From Meiothermus sp. (GTDB taxonomy: Bacteria; Deinococcota; Deinococci; Deinococcales; Thermaceae), in NCBI GenBank assembly GCA_033762915.1, contig JANRLD010000042.1, positions 32,001 through 96,000 on the forward strand: a DNA stretch of 64,000 nt, read 5' to 3'. The notes beneath the pieces were generated by a model. That model searched no databases, was not told the origin of the DNA, and saw only the letters and a program-made list of their open reading frames with translations. Positions 21,201 through 30,618 of this stretch are shown here, piece by piece. The position numbers and the translations under genes were made by a program. Position 1 is the stretch's first letter. Each line of letters starts with the position of its first letter.

Positions 21201-24200
21201 AGCCTCGCCCGACTCGATGCCCAGGTACCGCAGTTCGACCCTCGAGTCCGTCCAGGCCAGGGTCTGGATGCGCTCGAAGGCTGCAGGGTTGCGGTACTTG
21301 TCGGCCAGTACCAGGGCTTCAGCGCGGCTGGGGGCGATCAGGGTAGTAAAGCCGACGCGGGCCACCTCGCCCGGCTCGAGGCGCACCCGCACCCGCAGGC
21401 TGAAGATGGGGTCGAGCACATTGCCTGACGTCCCCGCGAAGGGGCGGCTGTCCATCAGGGCGGCGGGCGCGTGCACTCCCGGCCCTCGGCCCAAAAAGCG
21501 GCTGCGGTCGGTCTCGAATTGCAGCGCGCCCACCGGGGTGCCCTCCACGCAGATCACCTGGGCCGCCCAAAGCGGGGCCTCGTCGGCAGAGCGCGGGCGG
21601 CGGGTGGCCAGCAGGGCGCCCAGCTCGGGGATGAACTCGGTCTTTACGAACAGCTTGGAGAAGGCCGGATGGGCCGCGTCCGCCGACGGGGGGGCCAGCA
21701 CCACCTCGGCGTAGGAGGCCAGCTCGAGTTCCTTGGGGAACTCGCTGTAGTTGCGCAGGGCGACGCGGCGGATTTCGGCATCGTCCTCGGGCGAGACCAA
21801 GACCTGTAAGGTCGAGGCAATGTCCCCCTCGCGGCGGAAAAACCGCGCCCGTTCCTCGTAGAACTGGGCTTCGTAGAGGGTCGGCTCGAGCAGGGTCGGC
21901 TGGGCGGTGGCCGACCACAACAGACCGCTGCGGACATCGCGCAGGTAGATGTAGCTGCCCCAGTCGTCACATGTGGCGTCCTCGCGCCAGCGGGTCACCG
22001 CCAGGCCCTTCCAGCGGCTGTAGCCCGAGCCCGCCGCGCTGAGCATAACTTGGTAGCGCCCGTTGGACAGCAGGTGGGTCTGGGGCTGGCGCTGTCTGGC
22101 CTGGGTGAAGCGGCGCGAGACCACGGGTACCATCTCGCGCACATGCACAGCAGCCGATACCTCCACCGAGGGTGGGCGTGCCACCGGTGCATCCACTCCA
22201 GCCCGCTCGTGCAGCAAGGTGGCGGTGGCCCGTATCCGCACGTCGCGGTAAAAGCGCCGCTGCATGGGGCTGCCCAGCAGGACGTTGCCCAGGGCCACCA
22301 ACAGCATGCCCTGGTGGTGAGCCATGTGGTTGCGCACCAGCGCGAAGGCCTGGCCCTCGGGCAGCCGCCGTGCGGTGTAGTCGAGGGCGTCGTAGAAGCC
22401 ATAGCGGCTGCTGGCTCCCAGGCTGGCCAGCAGGGCGAAGTTCCGCACCGCTGCCAGCGGGTCCACCATCGCGGCCAGCGCGGTGGCGTAGGGCGCAATC
22501 ACCAGCTCGTCGGCCAGGCCGCGCTTGAGGCCCAGCCCCGGTAGCCCGAAGGCCGAGTACTGGTAGGTCATCTCGCGGTCTCGAGAGTTCATCGCCGACT
22601 CCGAGACCCCCCAGGGCACTCCGCGCTCGCGCCCGTAGCTGATCTGCCGCGCCACCACCGTGCGGTAAGTCTGCTCGAGCAGGCTGCCGTTGGGCGAGTG
22701 CATGACCAGCGCGGGCATCAGGTACTCGAACATCGAGCCCGACCAGGAGACCAGCGCCGCCGAGCGCTCGGCGGGGGTCAGGGTGCGGCCCAGGCGAAAC
22801 CAGTGCCCGGTGGGGACCTCGCCGCGGGCGATGGCGACGAAGCTGGTCAGGCGCGACTCCGAGGCCAGCAGGTCGTAGCAGTTGGGGTCGAGGCGGTGGC
22901 CGCGCACGTCGTAGCCGATCGAGAACAGCTTGCGGCTGGGGTCGTAGAGGAAGTCGAAGCCCATAGCATCCACTAGGGGCGCGAGTTGTTTGCTCAGAGC
23001 CGCGATCCGCAGGGTCTGCTCGGCCGGAAGCAACCTTAGGTCGCGCTGATGGCTGCGCAGGTTGCCCAGCAGGGCCTGGCTCCACTCGAGCAACTCCGCA
23101 CCCTCAGACAGCGCACCCTCGGCCAGCAGGGTCTGGCTGATGTCCAACGCCGAAGCCGCCAGTGCTTCGGCCTCGTCCAGGATGGCTCCCCAGGCGGCGG
23201 GCTGCTCGAGCTGGGCTGCGAGTTCGCTCAGGGTTTGCAGCAGTTGTTTCTTGGTCACGGTTCCTCTGCTGCGCTCGGCCACCGCCTCCGCCGCCTGAAC
23301 CACCAGGCTCAGCCCGTCGCGCAGACCCTCGAGGGCGCTGAAACGGTCAGGCGACACCTGGGCCAGCTCCGGAAGGGCCTGCTGAAGGGCAATCAAATGC
23401 CCCGCCAGGTTCCCGCTGTCCACCGAGGAGACGTAGCGCGGCTCGAGCACCCGCAGGTCGCGGGTGTCGTACCAGTTGTAGAGCTGACCCCTGAACTTCT
23501 CCAGCCGCCCGAGGGTGTTGAGGCTCGCCTCGAGGCGCTCGAGGGTTTCGTCCAGCCCGATCCAGCCAAAGTCGCGGGCGCTGATAATCGAAAGCAGATA
23601 GAGGCCGATGTTGGTAGGCGAGGTGCGGTGGGCCACCAGCGGTTTGGGGTCTTCCTGGAAGTTGTCGGGCGGCAGGTGGTGGTCTTCGGGGCCGACAAAG
23701 ACCTCGAAAAAGTGCCAGGTGCGGCGGGCGATTTGCCGCAAGGTTAGGCTGTCGGTTTCACCCAAGGGTTTGGGCAAGGCGGCGGGCTGGGGCAGGCTAA
23801 TCCAACGCGCCACCAGCGGGGATAGCAGCCAGATCAGCAAGAAGGGCAGCGCCATCATCCATCCGCCCGTCTGCCCCATAACCACCCCAAAACCCGCTAC
23901 CAGCGCCAACACCGGCCCGCCATACATACGACGGTAGAACCCGCTCGGCCCGGTGTCGGTTTGGGTGGCGGTCTGGGCGGCGGTGCGCCACTCGAGCATC
24001 CGCTTTTGCCTTATCAGGCGCAGCAAGGTGCGCCCGATCGCGTCCAGTATCAGCCAGGCCTGATGGGCCAACAGGGTCAGGGCCAGCCCCACCTCGGTGG
24101 CCGCCAGCCCAAAGCCTTGGGCGATACGACCCACGTAGACCCGCCTCGAGATGCCGGGTCGGCGCGGAACCAGGCCGCTAAGGGCTGGGATCAGTGGCGG

Positions 24201-26837
24201 GACGATAAGGCTGACCAGCACGAGAGCCGTCCACGGCCAAGATGAAGCCAGCGGTAGCGACCAGGCCACCAGCAGGGTCAAGAAGGCGGTGGGGGCCGAG
24301 AGGCTGCGGCGCAGGTTGTCCAGCATTTTCCAGCGTCCGATGGGCGGGATGGGGGCGCGGCGGGAGAACAACCAGGGCAGCAGTTGCCAGTCGCCCCGTA
24401 CCCAGCGGTGCTGGCGGGCCACACTAGCCTCGTAGCTGATCGGGAAGTCTTCGACCAACTCGATGTCGCTGACCAGGGCGGTGCGGGCCAACAGCCCCTC
24501 GAAGAGGTCGTGGGAGAGCAGGCTGTTCTCGGGCACGCGGCCCTCGAGCGACTGGCTAAACGCATCCACATCGTAGATACCCTTGCCGGTAAAGTTGCCC
24601 TCGCCAAACACATCCTGATAAATGTCCGAACTGGCCGAGGCATAGGGGTCGATCCCCGCTGGCCCAGAAAAAATGCGGCGGTAAACCGTGTCCTGGCTGG
24701 GCTCGGGCAGCGAGGGGGTGATGCGCGGTTGCAGGATGCCATAGCCCTCTACTACCCGCCTCGAGTGGGGGTCTAGCACAGGGCGGTTGAGCGGATGGGC
24801 CAGCGCCCCCACCAACCGCGCCGCCGTACCGCGTGGCAACTCGGTATCAGCATCCAGGGTAATCACAAACTGCACGCCCGGCGGCGCAGCGATCCCATTG
24901 GCCTGCATGGGAGTGTCTGCGCTGCTTTTAGCGTCCGGCATTCGGCGTTCGGTGTTCGGTAACTTCGACACGAAGTCCACAAAACTGGTGTCGCCCGCTC
25001 CACGCAGCAACCGGTTAAACTCCTCGAGCTTGCCCCGCTTGCGCTCCCAACCCATCCAACAGCCTTCCTTGGGGTTCCACAATCGCTGGCGCTGAAACAA
25101 CAAAAAGCGCGCGCTGCCATCGGGCATGGTTCCATGCTCGGTGTTGAGATGCTGAATGCCCTCGAGCGCGGCTTGTAAAAGTGGTTGATCCTCAGGCAAA
25201 GTTTGACTCGGCGCGTCCACCCAGTCGCTCAACAGGGCAAAGCGCAACTCGCCGTCGGGGTTGGCAAAGTAATGGGCCTCGAGCCTCGAGACTTGCTCTT
25301 CAATCTGGGCTTGGCTGGTCAGCAAAGTGGGAACCACCACCACCGTAGACAGGGCGGGCGGAATGCCCGCTTTGAGGTCGAGCTTGGGCAGCGGGCGGGG
25401 CGGAACCACTGCCAGCACGTAGCGGTTGACCAAGGCAATCGCCAAATCCGAGGCGGGAATTAAAGCCAACAGCCCAAGCAAAATCAGTTCGGGCAGCGCA
25501 GCCCCTTGGCGGACATCCAGCCACAACCCCAGCATCAAAATTGCGGCCGTTGCCAGCCCAATAGTTCCCAAATAGCCTGGCGCGGCAAAGGCCAGAAAAG
25601 CCCGCCTTAGCCAGCGCATCGGCGGGGCACGAAAACCCAACTCCTGCTCCAGCGCAGCCCGCCCCTGGTCCATTAAGTAAAAGCCTGGATCGGCCTGACG
25701 CGGTAGATTAAATAGATCAAGACTATGCTCAGACTGGGCCCGATGGTCTAAGATTGCTCGGGCCTTAACCGCCACCCGCCGGGCCACTTCGACCTCGGAA
25801 TGCCTCGAGCCCTTGGCCAACTCCTCAACCGAGTGGCGCAAGCGGTCACGGGTGGCAAAGTCCGAGGCCGCATAGATCGGGTTTTCGTCCAAGGCTTTCT
25901 CAACCAGGCTGACTTGGTTGAAGAAAAGCTCCCAGTCGTAGGCCGAGATGGCCCGCATGCTGTTGATGATGTTGCTGACCGAAACGTTGGCAGCGGCCTG
26001 ACGGGCGTGCTCGAGCGAAACGAGTTCGTCGGGGCTGGTGCCCCGCTTGGCCAAATAGTCCAACAGATGGGCAAAAATCGGACTGGCTACGGGGGTCTCG
26101 CGCAAGCGTTGCAGTAAGTGCACCACAAACGCCGAGGGCAAGGCCTCACTCTCAATCTGCCGGATGACCGCCTCGGGGTCGGGTACGGCGGCCTCGCTCA
26201 GAAAATGCTGGGCCAAGTCGGCCACATCCTGCCGGGCTTTTTGCCACTCCACCACCCACAACGCCAGCCGCCGCAGGTTTTCCACCAAGGCCAAGCGCAG
26301 GGCTATAGGGATAGCCCACAACTCACCCGTGCTCAGGTGCTGGTGACGCTGATAGGCGGCGATAAATTGCCCCAACACCTCGGGGTCGAAGCGGCTGTCG
26401 CTGTGGGCGATGTACTCCAGCGCCAGGGCGTAAACCCTCGGATAGCCTGCCTGCTGGCCCCCGACCAGCTTGGGCAGTTGGCGGTAGTAACTCTTGGGCA
26501 AATCCACCCGAATCCCCCGAATTTGCTCGTCGGTGACATAGTAATTGTCAATAATCCACTCAGCAGCCGGGGTGATGATTTGCCTTTCCCGCACCGCCGC
26601 ATTGATTATTTTGTAGGTTTGCAGAATAACTTGGGCGTTTTGCATCAAGCGGGGCAACAGCGGACGGCCCCGTGTGGGTTGGCGGGTTACGCTGTGGCTT
26701 TGCGCCAGTTCCTCGGCGTGTTGGCAGAGGTGTTCGGGGCTTAGCAGCCCATCCCCAATCGGATACTCGAGCTGTTCTTGACGCGACCAAGGAAGCCGAA
26801 TGAGGGCAGCCTTTCCCTTCAATTCAAATAGTCTCAT
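18252..26837 (-). CDS. ndvB: Cyclic beta-1,2-glucan synthase (Cgs/NdvB/ChvB family with C-terminal GH94 domain), 2861 aa
   Basis: GWERKRGK, ITLDADT, SHDLFEG, RQHRWVRGDWQ, YDLLASE, QAGGAYGFRDQLQD, GDWNDG, RENGGQYTHAA motifs; GGAGG RBS. Confidence 0.92.
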   Translation of the reverse strand: MRLFELKGKAALIRLPWSRQEQLEYPIGDGLLSPEHLCQHAEELAQSHSVTRQPTRGRPLLPRLMQNAQVILQTYKIINAAVRERQIITPAAEWIIDNYYVTDEQIRGIRVDLPKSYYRQLPKLVGGQQAGYPRVYALALEYIAHSDSRFDPEVLGQFIAAYQRHQHLSTGELWAIPIALRLALVENLRRLALWVVEWQKARQDVADLAQHFLSEAAVPDPEAVIRQIESEALPSAFVVHLLQRLRETPVASPIFAHLLDYLAKRGTSPDELVSLEHARQAAANVSVSNIINSMRAISAYDWELFFNQVSLVEKALDENPIYAASDFATRDRLRHSVEELAKGSRHSEVEVARRVAVKARAILDHRAQSEHSLDLFNLPRQADPGFYLMDQGRAALEQELGFRAPPMRWLRRAFLAFAAPGYLGTIGLATAAILMLGLWLDVRQGAALPELILLGLLALIPASDLAIALVNRYVLAVVPPRPLPKLDLKAGIPPALSTVVVVPTLLTSQAQIEEQVSRLEAHYFANPDGELRFALLSDWVDAPSQTLPEDQPLLQAALEGIQHLNTEHGTMPDGSARFLLFQRQRLWNPKEGCWMGWERKRGKLEEFNRLLRGAGDTSFVDFVSKLPNTERRMPDAKSSADTPMQANGIAAPPGVQFVITLDADTELPRGTAARLVGALAHPLNRPVLDPHSRRVVEGYGILQPRITPSLPEPSQDTVYRRIFSGPAGIDPYASASSDIYQDVFGEGNFTGKGIYDVDAFSQSLEGRVPENSLLSHDLFEGLLARTALVSDIELVEDFPISYEASVARQHRWVRGDWQLLPWLFSRRAPIPPIGRWKMLDNLRRSLSAPTAFLTLLVAWSLPLASSWPWTALVLVSLIVPPLIPALSGLVPRRPGISRRVYVGRIAQGFGLAATEVGLALTLLAHQAWLILDAIGRTLLRLIRQKRMLEWRTAAQTATQTDTGPSGFYRRMYGGPVLALVAGFGVVMGQTGGWMMALPFLLIWLLSPLVARWISLPQPAALPKPLGETDSLTLRQIARRTWHFFEVFVGPEDHHLPPDNFQEDPKPLVAHRTSPTNIGLYLLSIISARDFGWIGLDETLERLEASLNTLGRLEKFRGQLYNWYDTRDLRVLEPRYVSSVDSGNLAGHLIALQQALPELAQVSPDRFSALEGLRDGLSLVVQAAEAVAERSRGTVTKKQLLQTLSELAAQLEQPAAWGAILDEAEALAASALDISQTLLAEGALSEGAELLEWSQALLGNLRSHQRDLRLLPAEQTLRIAALSKQLAPLVDAMGFDFLYDPSRKLFSIGYDVRGHRLDPNCYDLLASESRLTSFVAIARGEVPTGHWFRLGRTLTPAERSAALVSWSGSMFEYLMPALVMHSPNGSLLEQTYRTVVARQISYGRERGVPWGVSESAMNSRDREMTYQYSAFGLPGLGLKRGLADELVIAPYATALAAMVDPLAAVRNFALLASLGASSRYGFYDALDYTARRLPEGQAFALVRNHMAHHQGMLLVALGNVLLGSPMQRRFYRDVRIRATATLLHERAGVDAPVARPPSVEVSAAVHVREMVPVVSRRFTQARQRQPQTHLLSNGRYQVMLSAAGSGYSRWKGLAVTRWREDATCDDWGSYIYLRDVRSGLLWSATAQPTLLEPTLYEAQFYEERARFFRREGDIASTLQVLVSPEDDAEIRRVALRNYSEFPKELELASYAEVVLAPPSADAAHPAFSKLFVKTEFIPELGALLATRRPRSADEAPLWAAQVICVEGTPVGALQFETDRSRFLGRGPGVHAPAALMDSRPFAGTSGNVLDPIFSLRVRVRLEPGEVARVGFTTLIAPSRAEALVLADKYRNPAAFERIQTLAWTDSRVELRYLGIESGEAALFQELTGHLIFPSRALRGSLEAMTRNHLGQPVLWRHGISGDLPIVLVRIAELGERELVRQIMRAFQYWRRKRLAVDLVILDEEPASYASALQAELRDLQRVSQPPAETDGILGDVFMLQVGLLSSDELEQLQSVARVVLSSAKGTLAEQLSALRPARTPPATSRLPKTLSRSRDEHLPMPKLEFFNGLGGFSPDGREYVIGLSEGQWTPAPWVNVVANEGFGFLVSESGGGYNWASNSRENKLTPWSNDPVTDPVGEAWYLRDEDSGELWSPTARPIRSESGVYLTHHGQGYSRFEHSHQGIYSDLTQFVPLHDPLKISRLRLENRSGKPRRITLSSYTQWVLGVSKEVSAAHTVTEMDPSQALLAWNPWSPEFANRVAFADLRGKQQRWTCDRTEFVGRGGTLQRPQGVEPGARLSGKAGAALDPCAVLQTALELAPGESAEVVLLLGQGESRAAAQQLIQQYRSANIEQKLDEVRAFWDSTLGMVQVHTPDRALDLMLNRWLLYQNLSSRIWARSGFYQAGGAYGFRDQLQDGMALTLAQPEQTRRHLLRAAAHQFPEGDVQHWWHPPSGRGVRTHISDDLLWLPYTTTHYLEASGDAAVLDETVPFLEGQPIPEGQEDGYFEPRISEQSATLYEHCARALERSLALGPHGLPLIGGGDWNDGLNRVGQHGKGESVWLAWFLHTNLWEWAKIAESRGEKARAKSWRSHVRKLKHALESEAWDGDWYLRAFFDDGTPLGSSLNSECRIDAIAQSWAVLSGAGAPDRASKAMKAVEQHLLQRENSLMLLFTPPFEHTPQDPGYIKGYPAGVRENGGQYTHAAVWSAMAFAALGDGDTAGELLSILNPVNQATTRAGVHRYKVEPYVMAADIYAVAPHIGRGGWTWYTGSAGWMYRAGLEWLLGFRVRKQRLYLDPCIPKTWREYSIRFQYHSAVYEVQVENPKGVCKGVALLELDSTSLNPSEGIGLVDDGRVRRVRVVLG

Positions 26838-27149
26838 CTGCCGACCTCCTGGGGATTCGACCTCGAGTTCAAGCTAAGGGGTTGTAGTTACAATAGCATT
26901 ACTGTGGGTTTAGGTTAGTGATGGGGGTTGCCGCCGTGGGCGGGTCAAGACTGCGGTAGCAGTCGAACACGGCCTCGAAGCTACTGTTGCTCCTTGTTAC
27001 GAACCCAGGTACGAACCCAGTATCAGACCTGTGCCAGCCCCAAAGAAGCGACGCCTTAAGCGCGGATCTTCTGCCTGCTGGGGGTCGTCGCGGTGGACTC
27101 ATTCCGACGGCAGCCGGGCTGCTGACGGCTACTGGTTAGCTTCTCCTGG

Positions 27150-27284
27150 TGGCTGTTTGCCCATAGCGATAGTTGTGGCTGGAACGACGTTGCTCACAGT
27201 TATGCCAAGACCCACGAGTAAGGTCATGGGCGCATCGAGACCCGCGAATGCTGGGTACTCAGCAACCTCGACATCCTCGATGAC
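27150..27284 (+). mobile_element. ISAs1-family transposase remnant
   Basis: Translates WLFAHSDSCGWNDVAHSYAKTHE*GHGRIETRECWVLSNLDILDD; GHGRIETR motif with an in-frame stop at 27219-27221. Confidence 0.75.
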
Positions 27285-27305
27285 ACGGCTGCGTGGGAAC
27301 CGCTC

Positions 27306-27660
27306 TCAGAGGAGGGCGGTTAGCTCGAGCAGTCCGTCGAGGTGGAAGGTGGGCGGACCTGAGGAAAGCGGGTGGACCCCGTTGCCGGTCTTAAGCAGTA
27401 CCGACCACAGGTTGGCGGCCTTGGCGGCCTCAATATCGGTAGCCCAAGTATCCCCGACCATGACCACCTGTCCCGCCGTTAAGCCCCGGCGCCCCGGGGC
27501 CAGCCGCACGATGTAGGGGTTGGGCTTGCCCACAACAGCGGCCGTCTTGCCGCTGGCGTACTCGAGGTAGCGAACCAGCGGGCCGGTCTCAGGCAGCGCG
27601 CCCTGTGGGGTGGGGAGCAGTGCGTCGGGGTTGGTGGCCACCAATTCCGCCCCCGCCAGC
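27306..27660 (-). pseudogene. 5'-truncated HAD-IIA (NagD-like) hydrolase
   Basis: ATNPD, VGKPNP, MVGDTWATDI motifs but no N-terminal DxD; upstream replaced by a repeat element. Confidence 0.8.
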
Positions 27661-27729
27661 AGCAGAGCGCCCATCAGCGCTAAGCGTCTCCATAGTTGCA
27701 ATGCGAACTATCGCTCGCCAACTCCCGAA

Positions 27730-27875
27730 GGGAATTGCGCCCCGGGTAGCCGCTCCGTGGCTATGGCGCACGCCACTCCGCCCCGGGTAGCCGCCCTCCG
27801 GCTATGGCGCACGCCACTCCGCCCAGGCACGCATTTGTCGCTTCCGCTGATTCTGCACTTCTACCCTGGCGCAAC
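27730..27875 (+). repeat. Dispersed repeat family 2 with internal ~41-bp tandem duplication
   Basis: GGGAATTGCGCC...CCCTGGCGCAAC; GCCCCGGGTAGCCGC...GGCTATGGCGCACGCCACTCC occurs twice. Confidence 0.7.
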
Positions 27876-28074
27876 TTAGAACCCTCATGCTGGGTCTGTT
27901 GTGCCTACGCGCCTCCGTGGAAGTAAAAAGTTAACAGAACTGGCTTGACTTCCGAAAAAAATCTACAGACCCAGTATCAGGAGTGCGTCAGCCCCGTGCG
28001 GGAGTCGGCTGATACACAGATTTCTGCGTGCCAGAGAAGTTTTTTTCGAAACATCCTGGCTCTGGTCCTGCGGT

Positions 28075-28105
28075 TGACACTGTGCTGACGGCTACTCTTT
28101 AGCTT
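28075..28105 (+). promoter_or_regulatory. Pho-box-like promoter motif
   Basis: TGACA-N6-TGACG-N9-TAGCTT. Confidence 0.75.
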
Positions 28106-28165
28106 CCGGATGCAACACGACGCCCCCCTCTTCACAAAAGCCAACCGCCCGAACAGGAGACCCCC

Positions 28166-29011
28166 ATGAGTCAAGTCTTGACCTTTGTCCATTTAACCGA
28201 TCTACACATCACCGACCCCGCCCAGCCCGACGACCACCTCCACTCCGACACCGCCACCACGCTGGAGATGGTGAAGGCGCGCATCGCCAAACTCGAGCCA
28301 AAACCCGACTTCATCCTGGTCAGCGGCGACCTCACCAACCACGGCAGCCCCGAGAGCTTCAAAGCGCTCAAGGGCCACCTCGACGGCCTTCCCGCCCCCG
28401 TGCTGCTGGCCCTGGGCAACCACGACAAGCGCGGCCCCTTCCACCAGGTCATGCGCGACCAGTCCTCCGAGGCCCCCTACTTCTACAGCCAGAGCTTCGG
28501 GCACCTCAAGGTGATCGTGCTGGACTCCAGCGCCCCCGCCAAGGTCGACGGCTCGATCGAACCCGAGCAGTTCGAGTGGCTCGAGGCCGAGCTGGCCCAA
28601 GACCCCACCCAGCCGAAGATCATCGTGATCCACCATCCTCCCTGCCGCATCAACCTCTCGATCTTCGACCACATCACCTTCAGGCCCGAGGATGCGGCCA
28701 GGCTGGGCGACCTCCTGCAAGGCCAGAACGTGCTGGGCATCTTCTCAGGCCACGTCCACTTCGACCGCTTCGCGCTGTGGAACGGCATCCCTTGCGTCAT
28801 CGGGGCGGGCCTACACAACCTCACCGACGTGACCAACAACGACGGCATTCGCGCCACCAGCGGCGGCTCCTTCAACCTATGCCGCGTGGAGGGCCACGAC
28901 CTCACCGTGACCATCGTCCCGCTGGCCTCCGGGCAGGAAGAGCTGCACCACATCGGGATGGACGTGCTGCGCAAGTACATGGACAAGCTCGAGTCGCAGG
29001 CCGCGGACTGA
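28166..29011 (+). CDS. Metallophosphoesterase (CpdA/Icc-like)
   Basis: TDLH, SGDL, GNHD, HHPP, GHVH calcineurin-like motifs. Confidence 0.92.
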   Translation: MSQVLTFVHLTDLHITDPAQPDDHLHSDTATTLEMVKARIAKLEPKPDFILVSGDLTNHGSPESFKALKGHLDGLPAPVLLALGNHDKRGPFHQVMRDQSSEAPYFYSQSFGHLKVIVLDSSAPAKVDGSIEPEQFEWLEAELAQDPTQPKIIVIHHPPCRINLSIFDHITFRPEDAARLGDLLQGQNVLGIFSGHVHFDRFALWNGIPCVIGAGLHNLTDVTNNDGIRATSGGSFNLCRVEGHDLTVTIVPLASGQEELHHIGMDVLRKYMDKLESQAAD

Positions 29012-29198
29012 GAAGGGTAAAGGTGGTCAAGGGCGTTGAAGGGGGCGAAGCAAAAGGGCGGTGAGGGCAAAACCCCAGAGAAGGGGGACTCCCCGTCCGG
29101 TGACGAAAGTCCACACCGCTGCGACCGAGTTGCCGCAACTGCCGCGAGAAACGCCAGACCTCAAACCCGCAAAACCGTCGAAACACCGGGGGAGAACG

Positions 29199-30503
29199 AT
29201 GAAACCATTGACTGCACTAATCACAGCCCTGGCCCTTACGGCCCCGCTGGCCGGCGCGCAGACCCAAGGCGGTAAGCTACCGCCCCTTCCCAAGGACGCC
29301 AGGGTCACCATCACCTTCTACAACTACAACCTGGCCTCGGCGGGCATCGGAGCAGAAGGCACCAGGCAGCTCATCGCCGAGTTCGAGGCGCTGTACCCCA
29401 ACATCAAGGTCGAGGGCGTGGCCTCGCCGTCCAACGAGATCATCGCCCGCCTCCAGGCCGACGTGGTGGCGCGGCGCACCCCCGACGTGGCCCAGATCGT
29501 CTTTGCCGACATGGAGTTCGCGATCAAGAATCTGGGGGTGAAGGCCCTCGAGGACTTGGTCCCCGAGCGCGAGCTGGCCGCGCACTTCGTGGGTATGCAC
29601 CCGCGCGGTCGCGCCCTGGGCCTTCTGGAGGGCAAGACCTGGGGAATACCCTATGTGTTTAGCACCCCGGTGCTGTTCTACAACGCCGATCTCTTCCGCC
29701 AGGCGGGCCTCGACCCCAACCGCCCGCCGCGCACCTGGGCCGAGGTCAAGACCTACGCCCTGCAGATCCGCAACCGCACCCAGAAGGCGGGCTTCTTCCC
29801 TGCCGTCTACAGCCCCTTCGACTGGATGTGGCAGTCCTTCGCACTGTCCTTCGGCGGGCGGGTGATGACCCAGGACCGCAAGCAGCTCACCTTCGCCGGG
29901 GAAGGCGGGTTGAGCGCGGTGCGGATGTTGCGCGACCTGGTGGACAGCGGCGCACACCCCAACATCACCGCCGCCGACGCGCAGGCCGCGATGGCCGCTG
30001 GGAACCTGGGCATGTACCTCCAGACCAGCGCGCTGCAGAACTTCCTGCTCAACTCGGCCAGGGGTAAGTACGACCTGCGCTCTGCTCAGATGCCGGGCAC
30101 CAGCCCCGGCAGGCTCTCGGTCCCAGTCAACTCGGGCAGCGGAGTCTTCCTGATGAGCAACGATCCCCTCAAGCAGCGCGCGGGCTGGGAGCTGATCAAG
30201 TTCCTCACCTCCAACCGTGGCTACACCATCATCACCAGCAAAATCGGCTACGTCCCCCTGCGCGACGAGGCCGTGAAGGGTGAGCAGTTTCTGGCCCCCT
30301 GGCTGCGCGAGAACCCCATCGTGAGCCCGAATATCGAGCAACTCAACCGGCTCTCGCCTTGGGTGCCGATCCCTGGCCAGAACTACCGGCAGATCACCAA
30401 GTTGATGATGGATGCGGTGGAGCAGGCGGTGCTCGGCAAGGACGACCCCGCGAAGGTGCTGCGCGACGCACAGGAGCGGGCACAGGCGCTGATGCCGAGG
30501 TAG
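29199..30503 (+). CDS. ABC substrate-binding protein (UgpB-like)
   Basis: Signal peptide ending AQ, STPVLFYNADLF..AGLDP..PP.TW; start at ATG after GGAG. Confidence 0.9.
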   Translation: MKPLTALITALALTAPLAGAQTQGGKLPPLPKDARVTITFYNYNLASAGIGAEGTRQLIAEFEALYPNIKVEGVASPSNEIIARLQADVVARRTPDVAQIVFADMEFAIKNLGVKALEDLVPERELAAHFVGMHPRGRALGLLEGKTWGIPYVFSTPVLFYNADLFRQAGLDPNRPPRTWAEVKTYALQIRNRTQKAGFFPAVYSPFDWMWQSFALSFGGRVMTQDRKQLTFAGEGGLSAVRMLRDLVDSGAHPNITAADAQAAMAAGNLGMYLQTSALQNFLLNSARGKYDLRSAQMPGTSPGRLSVPVNSGSGVFLMSNDPLKQRAGWELIKFLTSNRGYTIITSKIGYVPLRDEAVKGEQFLAPWLRENPIVSPNIEQLNRLSPWVPIPGQNYRQITKLMMDAVEQAVLGKDDPAKVLRDAQERAQALMPR

Positions 30504-30618
30504 GGCGAGAGGGGGAGGGGAGAGGGAAGAGGGAAGAGGGAAGGGTTAGATTTCTGCGCCTCTGCTTCCCTCATCCATCCTCCCTCGTTCCCTCTTCTTT
30601 TGACCTCGAGGAACACCC

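Noticed and set aside
26840..27140. attR copy of the tRNA-Val 3' end
   Set aside because: No match to the tRNA 3' sequence found by eye; only a short 11-bp tandem repeat.
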